The notes beneath the pieces are model-generated. The model had not been told where the DNA came from and made no database searches. It saw only the letters and a program-made list of their open reading frames with translations. Of a DNA stretch of 64,000 nt, positions 39,590 to 52,532 are shown piece by piece. The position numbers and the translations under genes were made by a program. Position 1 is the first letter of the stretch; each line of letters begins with the position of its first letter. Origin of the DNA: Felis catus (lineage: Eukaryota); contig NC_058368.1 in NCBI RefSeq assembly GCF_018350175.1, positions 185,754,001-185,818,000 on the forward strand, in the 5' to 3' direction.

Positions 39590-40014
39590 GTCTAAACCAC
39601 AGGCCCATGCAACTTAATCATGCTCTAAGGACCCTATCAGGCTGCATTTTAAATATCCCACTTCCATTGGATAGTAAAGTGCTGCTGTGAATCTCCACCT
39701 TATGGCTTATTGATTATGATAGGCAGCTCAGTTGCATAGTCATTGATGTTCCGCAGTTACGTGTTTACACTCTCCAAGTCCAATGGCAAGCCAGGAGCTT
39801 CTTTGTAAAAATAGAACAGAAAATTTGTAGAACTCATGAGTTTTCTTCAATACCTACCAGTGTGTACTGTGTTTTTCTTATTACAACTTGACAGAGGGTG
39901 TATAGAGTATCCACAACTATCACCTATATTTCTGACATCATTGCATTTAGTAGATCATATAGCCAGAGGTGAAGACCAACTTGCTCTGTAGACTAGACCA
40001 GCTGCAGAGCTTTT
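39590..40014 (-). pseudogene. ERVL-type pol remnant (RT connection/tether region)
   Basis: Collinear minus-strand peptides KALQLV, LYD, KKLLACHW, ELPII, QQHFTIQWKWDI and GP..KLH versus recalled ERVL KALQQV, PYD, KQLLACYW, ELPIM, QQHSIIKWKWYI and GP..KLH; stops and frameshifts present. Confidence 0.8.
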
Positions 40015-40019
40015 GTCAA

Positions 40020-40530
40020 AACAAAAGACATGTTAAGAATCATGAGCAAATATGATCAACAATTAATGTTGTTCCAATGTATTTGAAAATTGTAACAATT
40101 TTGCCTAACTTCCTAGAAAATTTTATAATTTACCAAAACTTTAATCAGAAGAAGTAGAAAACCCCGAATTTTAATTAAACTAATTAATTAGACAAATTTT
40201 AATTAAAGTAATGTAATCATTTATTTAAAAAAATATTGAAGAATATTGAAAAAACAACACTCTATGTCCAGAAGATTTAGAAGTGAATTGTACAAAACTT
40301 AGGAACAGATCATGCTTTTATTTTGAAAAATTAACAATCTATTCCAATCACTATAAAAAAGGAACATTCCATTTGTGAAATTATAATCTTTATATGAAAA
40401 CTGGATAAGCATGGCATAAAACAGAAATTATAGAAATAGAAAAGGTACTGTCACAACATATTGAGAAACAGAAAAATAAAACACAAAAATAAAACAGAAT
40501 TCAGTAATGTATTAAAATACACCCTGTATA
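40020..40530 (+). mobile_element. Ancient L1 ORF2 internal fragment
   Basis: tttgaaaat...ttcctagaaaa..ataatttaccaaaac...aagaagtagaaaac resembles ORF2 FEN...FLE...NLPKL..EE.EN. Confidence 0.65.
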
Positions 40531-40589
40531 AAATGTTCACCACCTCATAAAAATGTATTAGTAAATTTACTTCATGAGGCAAGGCTTTA

Positions 40590-40960
40590 TAATGTCCCCT
40601 GAAATCTGTTCTCTCTTCCACTGACTTGAATTTGTATGAGCTGGGGTGTAGAGACCTAGTTAGAAACTCTGTTTTCCAGCAATCTTTGCAGTTAAGTGTG
40701 GCCAAGTGTTTGCTGGTAGAATATGGGCTGACATCATAGGCCAGGTCACTTCATAACGTGTTGCTTCTTCATCTGGATGTGGCAAGGACCCAGCTAAACT
40801 GGGAAGATGAGGTCAGAATCACAGGGTATCCTGGAACAAAGTTGATTTCAAGACATCAATGTCTGCAAACGCTAAATAAAGCAGAGCCTTTTGCCATTTC
40901 ATGATAGAGAAAAATTGTTTGTACTGCTACATGTATGAGTAGGCATGGACACAAATTTAT
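40590..40960 (+). mobile_element. MaLR LTR (MLT1I/J-like)
   Basis: ttttccagcaatctttgcagttaagtgtggccaagtg. Confidence 0.5.
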
Positions 40961-42719
40961 ACCTTCAAGTATTCACTAAAATAATTTTTAAAAATTATTT
41001 AACTCCTAACATTGAAACTTGTCACCTAAGATTTTCCATCCTAAGTTTAATGGTTTCAAAATAAGATTTCTGGTTAAGTGCTTATAGTATATTGGCTTTT
41101 AGTGCATATTTTAATTAAAATGTTGGGTCTGCATATTTTATTCATTCACTTTATGGAAATACTTATAAAAATTATAATTCATATAAATTAAATAGAGAAT
41201 TTTTAAGTCAAATTAATATGTCACACACTGTAAATACTTTTTCACATGTGAAATTGAGAAAGAGAAAGATTTATGGATGGGGGGATAAACGGATGGTTGG
41301 GAAATAGGTAGTCAGAGAGAGAGATAAACAGAGATAGCTAAGAGCCTTTCAAAAGCTTTTGAAAGTCAGAATCCTGCCATGATTCTATGAAGGAGTAAAA
41401 CTTCAGTATTTCTCATTGACTTACTGATTTTTTGTTTGTTCTCTTGAGTCCCTTCCATAGCAATTATGTACTCCAGAATTGTCCCTCTGTTCAGTGTTTA
41501 TATGATTTATATCTAAGGGCAATGCATTCTGGCAAAATTCATCAAGCAGAAGAAATGCAATTCCTTTAGAAAGTGAGAAAAGGGCAATTTTGGAAGCATT
41601 AATAGTTATGGGAAGCTTGTAGGCAACAGATTTTTCAGGAAGATCACTCTTAGGAAAGTCCACGCTAAAAAGTTGAGGATCTGGATGTATATTCCCTTAT
41701 AATCATACATGACTGCATATTCCCTAGAAACCCTATGTGTTTGCATTTTCAGGGGGACACTCCCACTTTGAAGACCAGCTTCTGACTTAGATCAGTGCTT
41801 CAAATAATAAGGTGTGTGAATCATGTGTTCTAGAAATAACTGGGATGTTCATTAAAAATGAAGATGTTGGAAATCTAGCTCCAAATTTGATACACAACTC
41901 TAGATGTAAGGCCACAGAATTAGGTTTAATCCTATCCAAGTAATCCTGAAACGGGGAGTCTGTTCTAGTCCAAACACAAAAAAATACATAGAATGATTTT
42001 TTTATGTTATGGAATCTTTTTCCTACCTCTCAGTGCATGTAAAAGCAGATTCAGTGCATAACTTCTAGTGATATTTCTCAAATATTCCATTTTTTCTCTT
42101 CAACTGTGTCATACTCCATCCAACTCTGTTCCTTTCAATCACCACTGACATTTCCACTACCCACAAAGCACACCAAACAAAAATGCCAGCCCCACCTATT
42201 CCCATTCTTGGTTATGTGGGTTGACCTTATGGCATTCTTCTCTTTCTTCTGTCAAAGCTTCTTTCCATTTTTATCTCTCACTTCTATGATAGTTCATCAC
42301 AAATGATAGAGAATCAAGAGGGTAAAAATGGATTTGCCTCTAGGGTCAGACAAAAGGAAGACGTTTTGATGCACAACGTGTTGGACTAGTGCCTTTCTTC
42401 AAGCTCCAAGAATATCAGTGACTGGAAGGCAACCTCATGGAAGAAACAGTGCAGAGATTCTAAGAATAACATGAACCACAAAATTAATATATGAAAATTC
42501 ATAGGTTCACTGTACCTTTCTGACTGTCCTCCATACAGAGATAATCCCAGGACTTTATGTTAAGGGATTTTTACATTCAAATTACAAGTCATGGATTTCT
42601 AATCTTTTTTATCAGAACAATGTGCAGAAAAAAAATAAAGAAACTCAGTTTAGAAAACTGGATTCATGTGTATCTGAATTGACTGAGCTGTCTCCTGAAG
42701 AGCAAAAGAAGCATGGGGA

Positions 42720-43140
42720 GTTTTGCAGACTAGGTCTCTGGAAGCAGTTACTGAGACTCACTGTCTAGTACCAGAAGTTTATTAAAGTCAAAACAGTGAA
42801 GAAAAGAACAAAAATGGGCAAATGGAGAAATTTAATTGCCCTGTGGGTCTGACAAAGCCTCAGTAACCCACTGCCCTCTGCAGAATCTCTGGGACATGTA
42901 TGGACACACATGTGAGCTGAAATGGTTGGGGCCGGGTCTGCATATCCCCCACTTCTCTCAAACACCAGATGTGAGCTGCCCTGGGCAAGGTAGTAGATGG
43001 GAAGAAGAGATTGCTCTCTGCAGCTGAGGCAGTGCCTGAATGAGCCCAGAGCTGAAGGCTGCCTGCTGACCACATTCCCCCAACTTGTCAGCAAGCACTT
43101 CCCTGCGGGAATTTGGGTCATGCGTCTGCAAGTCCATCTT
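42720..43140 (-). mobile_element. LTR16A-like ERVL LTR
   Basis: tctctggaagcag...gtttatta; gctctctgcagctgaggcagtgcctgaa...agctgaaggctgcctgctgac. Confidence 0.75.
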
Positions 43141-43449
43141 GAAAGGGAACAGTAGAAGGAAGGGCAAAGGATGGAGAGAAAGCCAGGAGTGGCTTTGAAA
43201 ATGGAGCTACAGGAGCAATTTTGGAAAGAGCTATGAGAGCTGGAAAGGGTAGCATTTATGCTGGAATGCCTGTGATTTAAGGGAGATAGGGGGTGAAACA
43301 AAATGCTAAGATGTTCTGTGTTCTCTTCAATTTCATCCTCTTATGAGCATATTTAAAAAGAGGCTTAGGTAAAGATTTAAATTCTTCTTTAGTTTTTGTG
43401 TCTGATAACTGGCCTACGCTGAATTCAAGCTTTCTGTGGGGCACAAATG

Positions 43450-43900
43450 GATTGTCACTCTCTTGTTTAAAATTCGTTAGTGACTTCTCATGATCTTCAA
43501 GACATAGTCCCCACTTCCTAAAATGGCAAACATTATCCTGTAGCTTTTACCTTTTACAATTGCATTTACAATTTCTCTTCACCTTCCTTCTCACAGTCTA
43601 TATTCTAGCTTAGCTGACACTCTTTTCCTTCAAGCACTGCACATGCACCTTTTACTCAGTTGAACTCACTTTCCTAGGTTTCACCTTAAACACCACCCCC
43701 TCAAGGAAACTTACCTGACCCTAGCGCCCCAATTATACTTAATCACAACCATATTTTCCCTTTCAAAACATTCATCTTACTCAAAATTATTTATTTAGCT
43801 CAATTCCTACAGGCTCTAAGAAGCTAAAAATTGTGTAAGGGAAGGGAGGTATGTGTTTTGCTCATCACTGTATCCTCAGTGCTTCATGTGGGGGAATAAA
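43450..43900 (+). mobile_element. L2 fragment
   Basis: caccccctcaaggaaac...tgttttgctcatcactgtatcctcagtgc. Confidence 0.55.
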
Positions 43901-44049
43901 AAAACATTTTTAATGGTAGGGTTATCAATCTCAATGAGTGCTTATGGTAAAGGACTCTAACAAGAGCAGCTAAAGTATTGATGACAATTAAATTATTGGT
44001 ATTTTGGGTGGAATTAGAATATGAATAATTATTACTGTAACAATTATGA

Positions 44050-44290
44050 TCATAGTTAACACTTCAATGATACTCCATGCCAGATAATATTTTAATTCTC
44101 ACAAGAATCAGGAACAATCCTTTTTATGTGGAATGGATATAACAATCCATTATATCTACATTTTTTCAGATGCAGGAGCTAAACAGCAAAGAGGTTAAGT
44201 AACTTTCCTAATTTCATGCACTTTGTAAGTATTACAGCCCAAGATTTGAAACTGGTTCCAATCCAGTGCTCTTACTAATATTCCGCGCCA
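44050..44290 (-). mobile_element. MIR
   Basis: ttttcagatgcagg...agaggttaagtaacttt...aagatttgaaac. Confidence 0.6.
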
Positions 44291-44385
44291 CCATTTTGTG
44301 TCTGAGTTTGTCATCCATAATAACAATATAAGGAGACAATATTTTCTTAATATCAGAATTTTTGTAATTAAGAAAGTAGAAGGGT

Positions 44386-44596
44386 GGTGGCACTTGGATG
44401 GCTCAGTCAGTTAAGTGTCTGACTCTTGATTTTGGCTCAGGTCATGATCTCAGGGTCTGTGAGACTGAGTCCCACATTGGGTTTGCACTGACAGCATAGA
44501 GCCTGTTTGGGATTCTCTCTGCTTTCCCCCCCCCCCCCACTCGTGCTTTCTCCCTTTCTCTCTCTCAAATAAGTAAATTTGAAAAATAAAAACCCA
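44386..44596 (+). mobile_element. Older Can-SINE subfamily
   Basis: gactcttgattttggctcaggtcatgatctc variant head; TSD aaagtaga(a)gggt. Confidence 0.9.
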
Positions 44597-45790
44597 AAAG
44601 TAGAGGGTATATGGTTTTGTGTTTTTTTCTGCTGAAAAGTGGATTCCCACTAGCAACTCCTTCCATTTGCTTTTTTATATCAAATGAATACCTAAATGGG
44701 CACTTAGCAGTTACCCTGATCTCTTGTTAGCTGTGTCTGCCTTCTCTTATGCATGAAGAGATTCTTCAGACAGTATGAATGATTTAACAATATCTTTTGT
44801 GGTTACACAATGTAGAGATTAAAGTCATGGGATCTAGCCCAGATCACCTTTGCTCAACTCTTACCTACTTTGGAGCAAAACAATTTTGAACCTATTTTGT
44901 CATTTGTAACTGGAGAATAATAATAATATAATAATAAACCTTAATTGCAAGTTTACTTGAAAGATAAATAAGCATGGTACTTATTACAGAGTAATAGCAG
45001 AGAGAAAAAAAGTCAATTTTATTGTTCAACCCTCAACCAAAATGTTTCCATGCTACCTGTTGTACTGACCTAAACTGCTTGCTGTAAACCAACAGTAGGT
45101 TGGTTTATGTATGCTCTGTTAATGGAGTTTGAAAAAACAATTATCCAACTGATTGATACTGTAGTTCTCTTGGCTTATGCTCATAAGTTTAGGGATCATT
45201 AGTATAGTTTAGGGTTCAACTGAGCAATGTGGTTGCTAATACTTTTATGCTAAAGGTAGAAGTAGCCAACGATGCCATAACCCTGTTTTCTAGTCACACC
45301 TAGCTGACTGTGAATCCAGGGTAATCAGAATTTCACCATGTCCTGATTAGCTTCTTAACTTTTTTTTTTTTTTTTTTACTTTCTTGATGCCATAAGCCCT
45401 GCGTTGTTTCCTCAGTTATGATCTAGCCTAAGGCCAACCATTCTCCCATCAGAGTCCACAGCACATACTCCTAATCATCAAGTTTTTCTTTCCAGCTGAG
45501 GCTTGACAGGTCCTCCAAATCCCTCTTGAGCAGCCAGACAACTGATTGGAGTTGGCCTGAACACCATGTGTCATTCCAGGAATAGGAAATCAGAAAAGTG
45601 GTGCTAGTAAGAGAAGAATTAGGTGAGACTTTATGAGTGAAATCACACTTTACTTGGGCCTTGACTTATAAACACGATGTAGAAAATAATAGTTCATTTC
45701 AACATTCTGATCCTGGTCTGTACCACCATATAGCATTATGTTTTAAAATATGCCATCCAATATTTTGGTTGCCTAATAAGTAAGACAGGG

Positions 45791-46011
45791 TTTTTTAAAT
45801 TTTTTTTAACGTTTTATTTATTTTTGAGACAGAGAGAGACAGAGCATGAACAGTGGAGGGTGAGAGAGAGAGGGAGACACAGAATCTGAAACAGGCTCCA
45901 GGCTCTGAGCTGTCAGCACAGAGCCCGATGCAGGACTCGAACTCACGGACTGAGAGGTCATGACCTGAGCCAAAGTCAGACGCTTAACCGACTGAGCCAC
46001 CCAGGTGCCCC
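45791..46011 (-). mobile_element. Can-SINE (SINEC_Fc-type)
   Basis: Full body; TSD agtaagacagg. Confidence 0.96.
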
Positions 46012-46279
46012 GTGAGTAAGACAGGTTTTATAGTTATTATTCATATTATTCAGGTTTATGGTTCTTACCCTAACCAAGTTAATTTTGTTTTTCATCTCCA
46101 CCACGTATGGGAATACTCATTACTATAGATGAGAAAAAGAGCGAACATGAATGACTTTTTTCAACTAATTTCGAACATCTTTTTGAGCAGCCCGCTTCCC
46201 ACAGTGGGAAATAACAGATATAAGGATAAGGAAGTAGACAAAATAAGGGACTTTGGGAGGAATAAATATTAGGGATTTT

Positions 46280-46445
46280 AATTTTGTGCTTCTTAATATT
46301 TTAAAGGTCTCATTTCTCTCTGAAAAGATGATGAAAGTGATCTACTTTGATGCCTAGAAATATACACCTGTGGGACTTTTAAAATATGTGTATGATGTCA
46401 CTGACCTCTAGAAGCATCCATGGATCACAAAATAGTAACCTTGGC
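46280..46445. mobile_element. MER117-like hAT-Charlie
   Basis: tgatgaaag...cctagaaa...gaagcatccatggatc. Confidence 0.5.
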
Positions 46446-47052
46446 TAGACTTGTAGTTTCCCAAAGTAAGAAATCAGACTACTAATGCCAACATTTGGAC
46501 AAGAGTATGATTTTTTCAGTAATACAGCATCTTGTGCTACATGTTGGATTCTAGGTGAACTGACACTTCCTCAATCTTCTGTTAATCATTTTGGAGCACT
46601 ATTTTCCACATTTCAGCTATTTGCATCCCACTTTCATGGTTTTCCTTATGTCTGTGCAAAATAAAAACATTCTATAATTTGTTTAATAATTCTCTTTAAA
46701 TTCATTTTTGAAAAATAGCCTTATATGAACTTTATATTTCAACAGTCAACATAAAACAGATATATTTTTCCATATGATTTCCATTCTCATAACAATCTTC
46801 AGAGAGAGAAATTATTATCACCATCATACAGATGTGCAAACTGAGTCAGAATACTGAAGCAACTTAGATATGTTTCCATTGCTAATAAGTGAAAGAAGTA
46901 AGATTCAAGTATAGATATAACTTTGCTCTGAACCACTGAGTTTGTTACTTCTTATACTTTCAGTATTTATAAAACATGAGATGTATTAAGTGAAGAATGT
47001 GGAAAGATTTCACTAATTTGGCTATAATTTTTTCTTGTAAAAGTTAGGATAA

Positions 47053-47232
47053 GTGGTGCCTGTGTGACTCAGTTGGTTAAGCATCTGACTCTTGGTTTCA
47101 GCTCAGGTCATGATCTCACAGTTCGTGGGTTCAAACCCCACATCAGGCTCTGTGCTGACAGCTTTGAGCCTACTTAGGATTCTCTCTTTCCCTCCCTCCC
47201 TCTCTCTCTCTCTCTCTCTCTCTGCCCTTCCC

Positions 47233-47279
<47 letters not shown>

Positions 47280-47304
47280 AATAAGTAAATAGACAAAATT
47301 TTTA
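47053..47304 (+). mobile_element. Older Can-SINE subfamily with expanded (CT)n
   Basis: gactcttggtttcagctcagg head; TSD aaaagttaggataag at 47039-47053 and 47305-47319. Confidence 0.93.
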
Positions 47305-48657
47305 AAAAGTTAGGATAAGATCTTATTAAATATCTGAGCTTAGTTCAGAAGTTTTAACTCTTCCCTACTTTTTTTCCTTATTGCAAGAAAAACAAGAAAA
47401 TTAAAAAGAACTTTAATAACCACTATTGGTATTGTAACAAACTCAAAAACCACTATCTGGGAATAACCACGATTAACATTTTTTTTTCAGTCTTTTTTCT
47501 CAACCATAGAAGTAGCTGCTATATCCTATTTCAAGATTTGAGTTTCAAAAGTCAAAGTGCTTTTTTATTTATTATTATCAGCCTTATGCTGTATAACTCT
47601 TGCATCCACAAAGGGAAGTTCCATTGCTAAAATTTAAATACCTAACTAGCAAGAAAATACAGGTAGGAGAGTGATGTCAACAAGATGGTGGCATAGGTAT
47701 ACGAATTTCTAGAGTTCATCTCCTCCAAGAAACATCAATTTGAATAACTATCTACTCATGAAAATACCTACACAAGAGCTAAGAGTTCCAGGTGAGAGAT
47801 GATAGCCCTTGGGTGAGCACAGAAATAAGGAAAGACACATTGGAGAAGGTAGGAAAGACAGTTTAATATTACCTCCAGTAACCCTACCCGAAGCCTGGGC
47901 AGTTTAGTGTGGAGACAGCTTCCTTGTAGAGGAAGGAGAGGGATGTAACCACCTGATTTCACTGGAGACCCTAGTAGCAGACCCGCATCAGTGCCAGGTA
48001 GACTCCTGCAGCTCCAGTATCCCAGTCTACCACAGTGCCATTTTGGCTGTCACAGCCCTTGATGGCTCCCATGGCTCTAGGCTCCAGCTGGTCTCCCTGG
48101 AAACCAAGTTTTTAGCCCACTCCAGCAGCAAGTTAGTTCCCACAAATCGAGGCTCCCATTGGGTTCCTATGAACCTGGTCCTCCTCTGTGCCTAGGGTAA
48201 TTTCTTGTGGACCTAGATATATGAATGCCAACAGGTACGTGGAAAAGGTGCTGAACATTACTAATCATCAAGGGAATGCAAATCAAAACCACAATGAGAT
48301 AGCACCTCACACCAGTTGGAATGGCTATTATCAAAACAACAACAAAAAACAAGAGATAACCAGCACTGGTAAGGATATGGAGAAAAGGGAACCCTTGTGT
48401 CCTATTGATGGGAAGGCAAACTGATATAGTCACTATGAAAAACAGTATGGCAGTCCCTCAAAATACTAAAAATAGAACTACCATATGATCTAGCAATCCC
48501 ATTTCTGGGTATAAATCCAAAAAAAATGAAATCATTATCTAGAAGAGGTATCTTCACCCCTTTATTCATTGCAGTGTTATTCACAATAGCCAAGAAGTGA
48601 AAACAAGTGTGTATCCATGGATGAATGAATAAAGAAAACATAGTGCGTATGTGTGTG

Positions 48658-48660
<3 letters not shown>

Positions 48661-48708
<48 letters not shown>
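48661..48708. repeat. (AC)24 microsatellite within L1
   Basis: Direct read. Confidence 0.95.
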
Positions 48709-48711
<3 letters not shown>

Positions 48712-48802
48712 TATTATTTGGCCATGAAAAATAAGGAAATCCTGCCTTTTGCAACATAGATAGACCTTGAGGGCATTATGCTAAGTGAAATAAGACAGAG
48801 TT

Positions 48803-49024
48803 GGGGCGCCTGGGTGGCTCAGTTGGTTAAGCGTCTGACTTTGGCTCAGGTCATGATCTCATGGTCCGTGGGTTCGAGCCCCGCGTCGGGCTCTGTGCTG
48901 ACAGCTCAGAGCCTGGAGCCTGTTTCAGATAATGTGTCTCCCTCTTTCTCTGACCCTCCCCTGTTCATGCTCTGTCTCTGTCTCAAAAATAAATAAATGT
49001 TAAAATTTTTTTAAATAAAAAAAA
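48803..49024 (+). mobile_element. Can-SINE inserted in L1 3' end
   Basis: ggggcgcctgggtggctcag head; TSD aagacagag. Confidence 0.96.
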
Positions 49025-49769
49025 AGAAGACAGAGAAAGACAAATACTATAGTAATCACACTTATATGTACAAGCTAAAATAAGCCAAATTCATAGAAAC
49101 AGAGTAGAATGCTGGTTGTTGTGGGTTGGGGGATAGGAGAAATGGACAGATGTTGGTCGGGGGGACAAACTTCCAGTAATAATATGAATAAGTTCTAGAG
49201 ATCTAATGTATAGCACAGTGACTATAGTTAATGATATATATCACGTACTTGAAATTTTCTGAGTGTAGATCTTAAATGTTCTGATCACACACACACACAC
49301 ATACACACACACACAAATGTTAATTATATGATGATGGAAGTGTTAACTAACCTTATGGTGGTAATCACTTTCCCACATATATGTTCATGAAATAATCATC
49401 ACGTGTACACCTTAAACTTACACAATGCTACATGTCAATTATATTTCAGTGAAGCTCAAAAATATATATAAAGATAAAAAAGAATAAATTCATAGTAAAA
49501 TTGCTTAAAATATACCTTCATATGGCACCTTGTCCTAAATACATAAATACATTGTCCTTTAAACAAAAATTGGATTATACTTTCAGACTCTTAGTCGGAT
49601 TTTTTTAAATCATGTTTAAATTTTTTTCAGTTTCTTTCATAGCTATTAGATATAAATTTTGAAAATTTCTTTGAATATTTCCCCAGATTATGATCCAAAG
49701 TTTGGTTTCTTGGTTAAAAAATAAGGAATGCTTATTTTTTAGGCTTCTGATGTGAATGATGAGTCTATC

Positions 49770-50143
49770 TGCTTATTTATTAGCAATAATCTTTCTGCTA
49801 TTTGCATATGTTCGTGTGGAAATGTCGGTTTCCTGCTCTGCCTTAGAAAAATATTGATCATGTGACCCATGGTAGGGCAACCAAATGCTATCTCTTTGAA
49901 ATATGAAAATGAATAGTTTAGTAAAAAAGGCCAAAATGCTTAGACATAGTTTATTTTATTTCAGGCTACCTAAGAGACATTCATTGGCCCTGATCCCTGC
50001 ACCTCCACACAATGCTTTTTTGGCTCTGGTTGAACCTGGTCATTTCCGTTCTATGAACTTTGAAGTATCCTAACATCAAAATCCCTATCTGCCTCTTTTG
50101 GTTAGTCAGTTTCTAATGCCTCCAACAAGAAGGCTAAAGGACA
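49770..50143 (+). mobile_element. Old ERVL/MaLR-class LTR (LTR33-like)
   Basis: gatcatgtgaccca...caaccaaatgc; 3' gtcagtttctaatgcctccaacaaga...aca. Confidence 0.35.
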
Positions 50144-51577
50144 GCATTCTTGTTTTTAAATTTCTCTGCAACAGGATCAAACCAGTTTCCATTTCCATCA
50201 AGAGTATATGCAGGTGTTAAGGTAGGATTCAGAAAGAAATGAAAAAATAAATCCAAATGACAAATGTGAACTGGCAGTGTTTTATTTAGAATTTGCTTGA
50301 TCAGAAACAACATTCTCCTTTCATTGAAACCAAATGATTCTGGGCTCACAGTTAATATCAGAGTGAATAAATGAAATCTCAGCCTCAAAACTAGATTCAT
50401 TTTGTAATGGGGACAATAGTTCCCTTAGCAAATACAAATGTCTTTTTTATGCTCTGTGCAGATTTTCTTTTTAACAGTATGCTTGCATCTCCTTTGGAGT
50501 CACTTTGAAACTTGTCCAATCTTGCCAGCAAATGATTATCAATTAGATGTTTCTGTGAATAAACATCCAATTTATTGCAATGATTTGTAGATATGATTTT
50601 GCCTCTCTCTGTGTGGCTTTCATTATTTAACTGTATGTAGCAACAATGAATATATGAACATAAAAATAGCAAGGTATGTATTATTTTAAGTGGTAATTAG
50701 GAAGGAAATTTCCTGTGAAATTGATGGAATGATTGTCAGGATTTAATGGACTTGAATAACACCATTTACATTTGGAGTTAAATCTAAATGTAAAAGAACA
50801 AAGAGTTTAGCCAAAAGAAAATGCGAGTATTTAGGCATGAAGATTATGTGGTTACTGACACTGAAGCTGAAGATTATTATTGTGAACAGGTTAAGATATT
50901 CCCTTCCTTGGGAATGGAGGCAGAGAAGGAAATCTTTAAGGCATGTATGTGCATGTGTGCAGAGGGTGCTGGAAGTCTCCAATACAATAAACCTTTAAAA
51001 ATAAACACATCGACTCAACTCAGAACATAACATATGGTGTTTAATCAAGGCAATATATATCCAGAATTATGAGGAGTAGGCATACTTGTAATTATTGGTG
51101 GAAAAAAGTGTACGTCAGGTTGAAATGTTGGCAATATTCAGGCAGAGGGAGTTACTACAATTTCAGTTAAACAAGTTTTTGAGCTGCAGAATCAATTATG
51201 TACTGGGATCATTCCACTGAAAAATATATTCATTGAAGAAGGGTATATTCTAGAGGGGGAAATGCATGTAGGTTTTGGTATCAGAGTACCTATGTTCAAA
51301 TATAAACTCTACTAGTTATTGTCAAGTTAGCTAATGATCTCAAGTCTCAGTTTCCTAAAATTTAAAGTGAAAACTAATGCAAATAATCTCAGTGTATTTT
51401 TGTAAAGTTTAAATGTGCACAGTAGTCTAACATATAATAAGTAATCTAGAATGGTAAACTCCTATTATCTTAAAATAACCGAACTATTTTCATTCATGTC
51501 TTATATTTTTTGATTTTGATTGCTAAAAATTAAACCATTATGTTTCAAACAAGATTGGATTAGCTACTAATTTATAT

Positions 51578-51795
51578 CAGGTTTTTTTTTTTTTTAATAG
51601 TACTATTAACATTTTGGACATTTCTTTGTTTTTGGAGGGTTCTCCTATGCATTGCAGGATGTTTACCAGCATCCCTGGTTCCTACCCACTAGATGCCCAT
51701 AATAGCTTCCCTCCCACCTCATGACCCCCTCCCTGTCATGATAATCAAAAATGTCTCCAGATATTGCCAAATGTGTACTAGTTGAGAAACCACTG
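51578..51795. mobile_element. MER20 hAT-Charlie MITE
   Basis: tgcattgcaggatgtttaccagcatccctgg..ctacccactagatgcc...aaaaatgtctccagatattgccaaatgt...gttgagaaaccactg. Confidence 0.88.
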
Positions 51796-52532
51796 AACTA
51801 GATCAAACGGTTGGTTGACGGTGTTTGGAGAGCATTTCAAGGATTTTTTTAAATATTAATGATCATGTTCATTAGTTTAGAAGAGTATTAAATTTTTCTA
51901 GTAAATAAAAAAAAATTACTGATATGCAATATGACAGTAAGCACCTGTGGAGGCAGTCAGCCATCTTTGAGATGATATTGTGGTGGAAACTAAAGTGGAA
52001 AGCCCAAATGGTACCATATACTTAACCCTGTGGATCCTCTATAAAACACAAATTGAAAACCACTGACTCAGAGGCAGGACCCAGAGAATAGGAGGCAAGA
52101 TGATCATTAGAAAGCAATTGAGCTAAATTTTAAGTGTATCCTATGTATAAATGAAATGCTAACTTTTCATCATGGAACCAAGACCAGTGGATACCTAGCA
52201 ACACTGTTACTCTACTTGTATGATATTTTATTTACTAAATTTCTCTCACTAGAGGAGTCACCTCTGTGCCAAGGGTTGTGCCAAGGATCAGTAGTACAGA
52301 GAAGTGTTCATCAAAATCTTCAATCAGTAGCATGGTAGAGAATCTGTGTATCATTTTTCTTTTACTTAATCCCAAGACATATTGAAGACTCTGCATGGCA
52401 CATTAAGTCTATTAAAAGTATTTGCAGAATACATGGGTGAGTAACTAAAAGGCAAAAGAATTTCTCTTGTTCATCTTTAGTCTCTCTCCTACCTGCTTGA
52501 AGGGTTTTGAACATTTGTCAGTTCTTGTAATT

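Larger units (their letters stand above)
47666..49460 (+). mobile_element. L1 (L1M2/L1MA9-like) with 5' UTR fused to ORF2 3' end and 3' UTR
   Basis: 5' start with CAAGATGG (YY1-type site) at 47681 and GC-richer UTR to about 48215, then ORF2-end motifs (gccaacagg...aatgcaaatcaaaaccacaatgagat) and 3' UTR ending gtcaattatatttcagtgaagct. Confidence 0.8.

Noticed and set aside
42765..43301. 178-aa minus-strand ORF
   Set aside because: Mostly overlaps the LTR16A-like element; no recognisable protein features
50821..51030. ORF with EAEDYYC, reminiscent of immunoglobulin V-domain EDEADYYC
   Set aside because: No upstream Cys/Trp framework, leader or recombination signal; chance match
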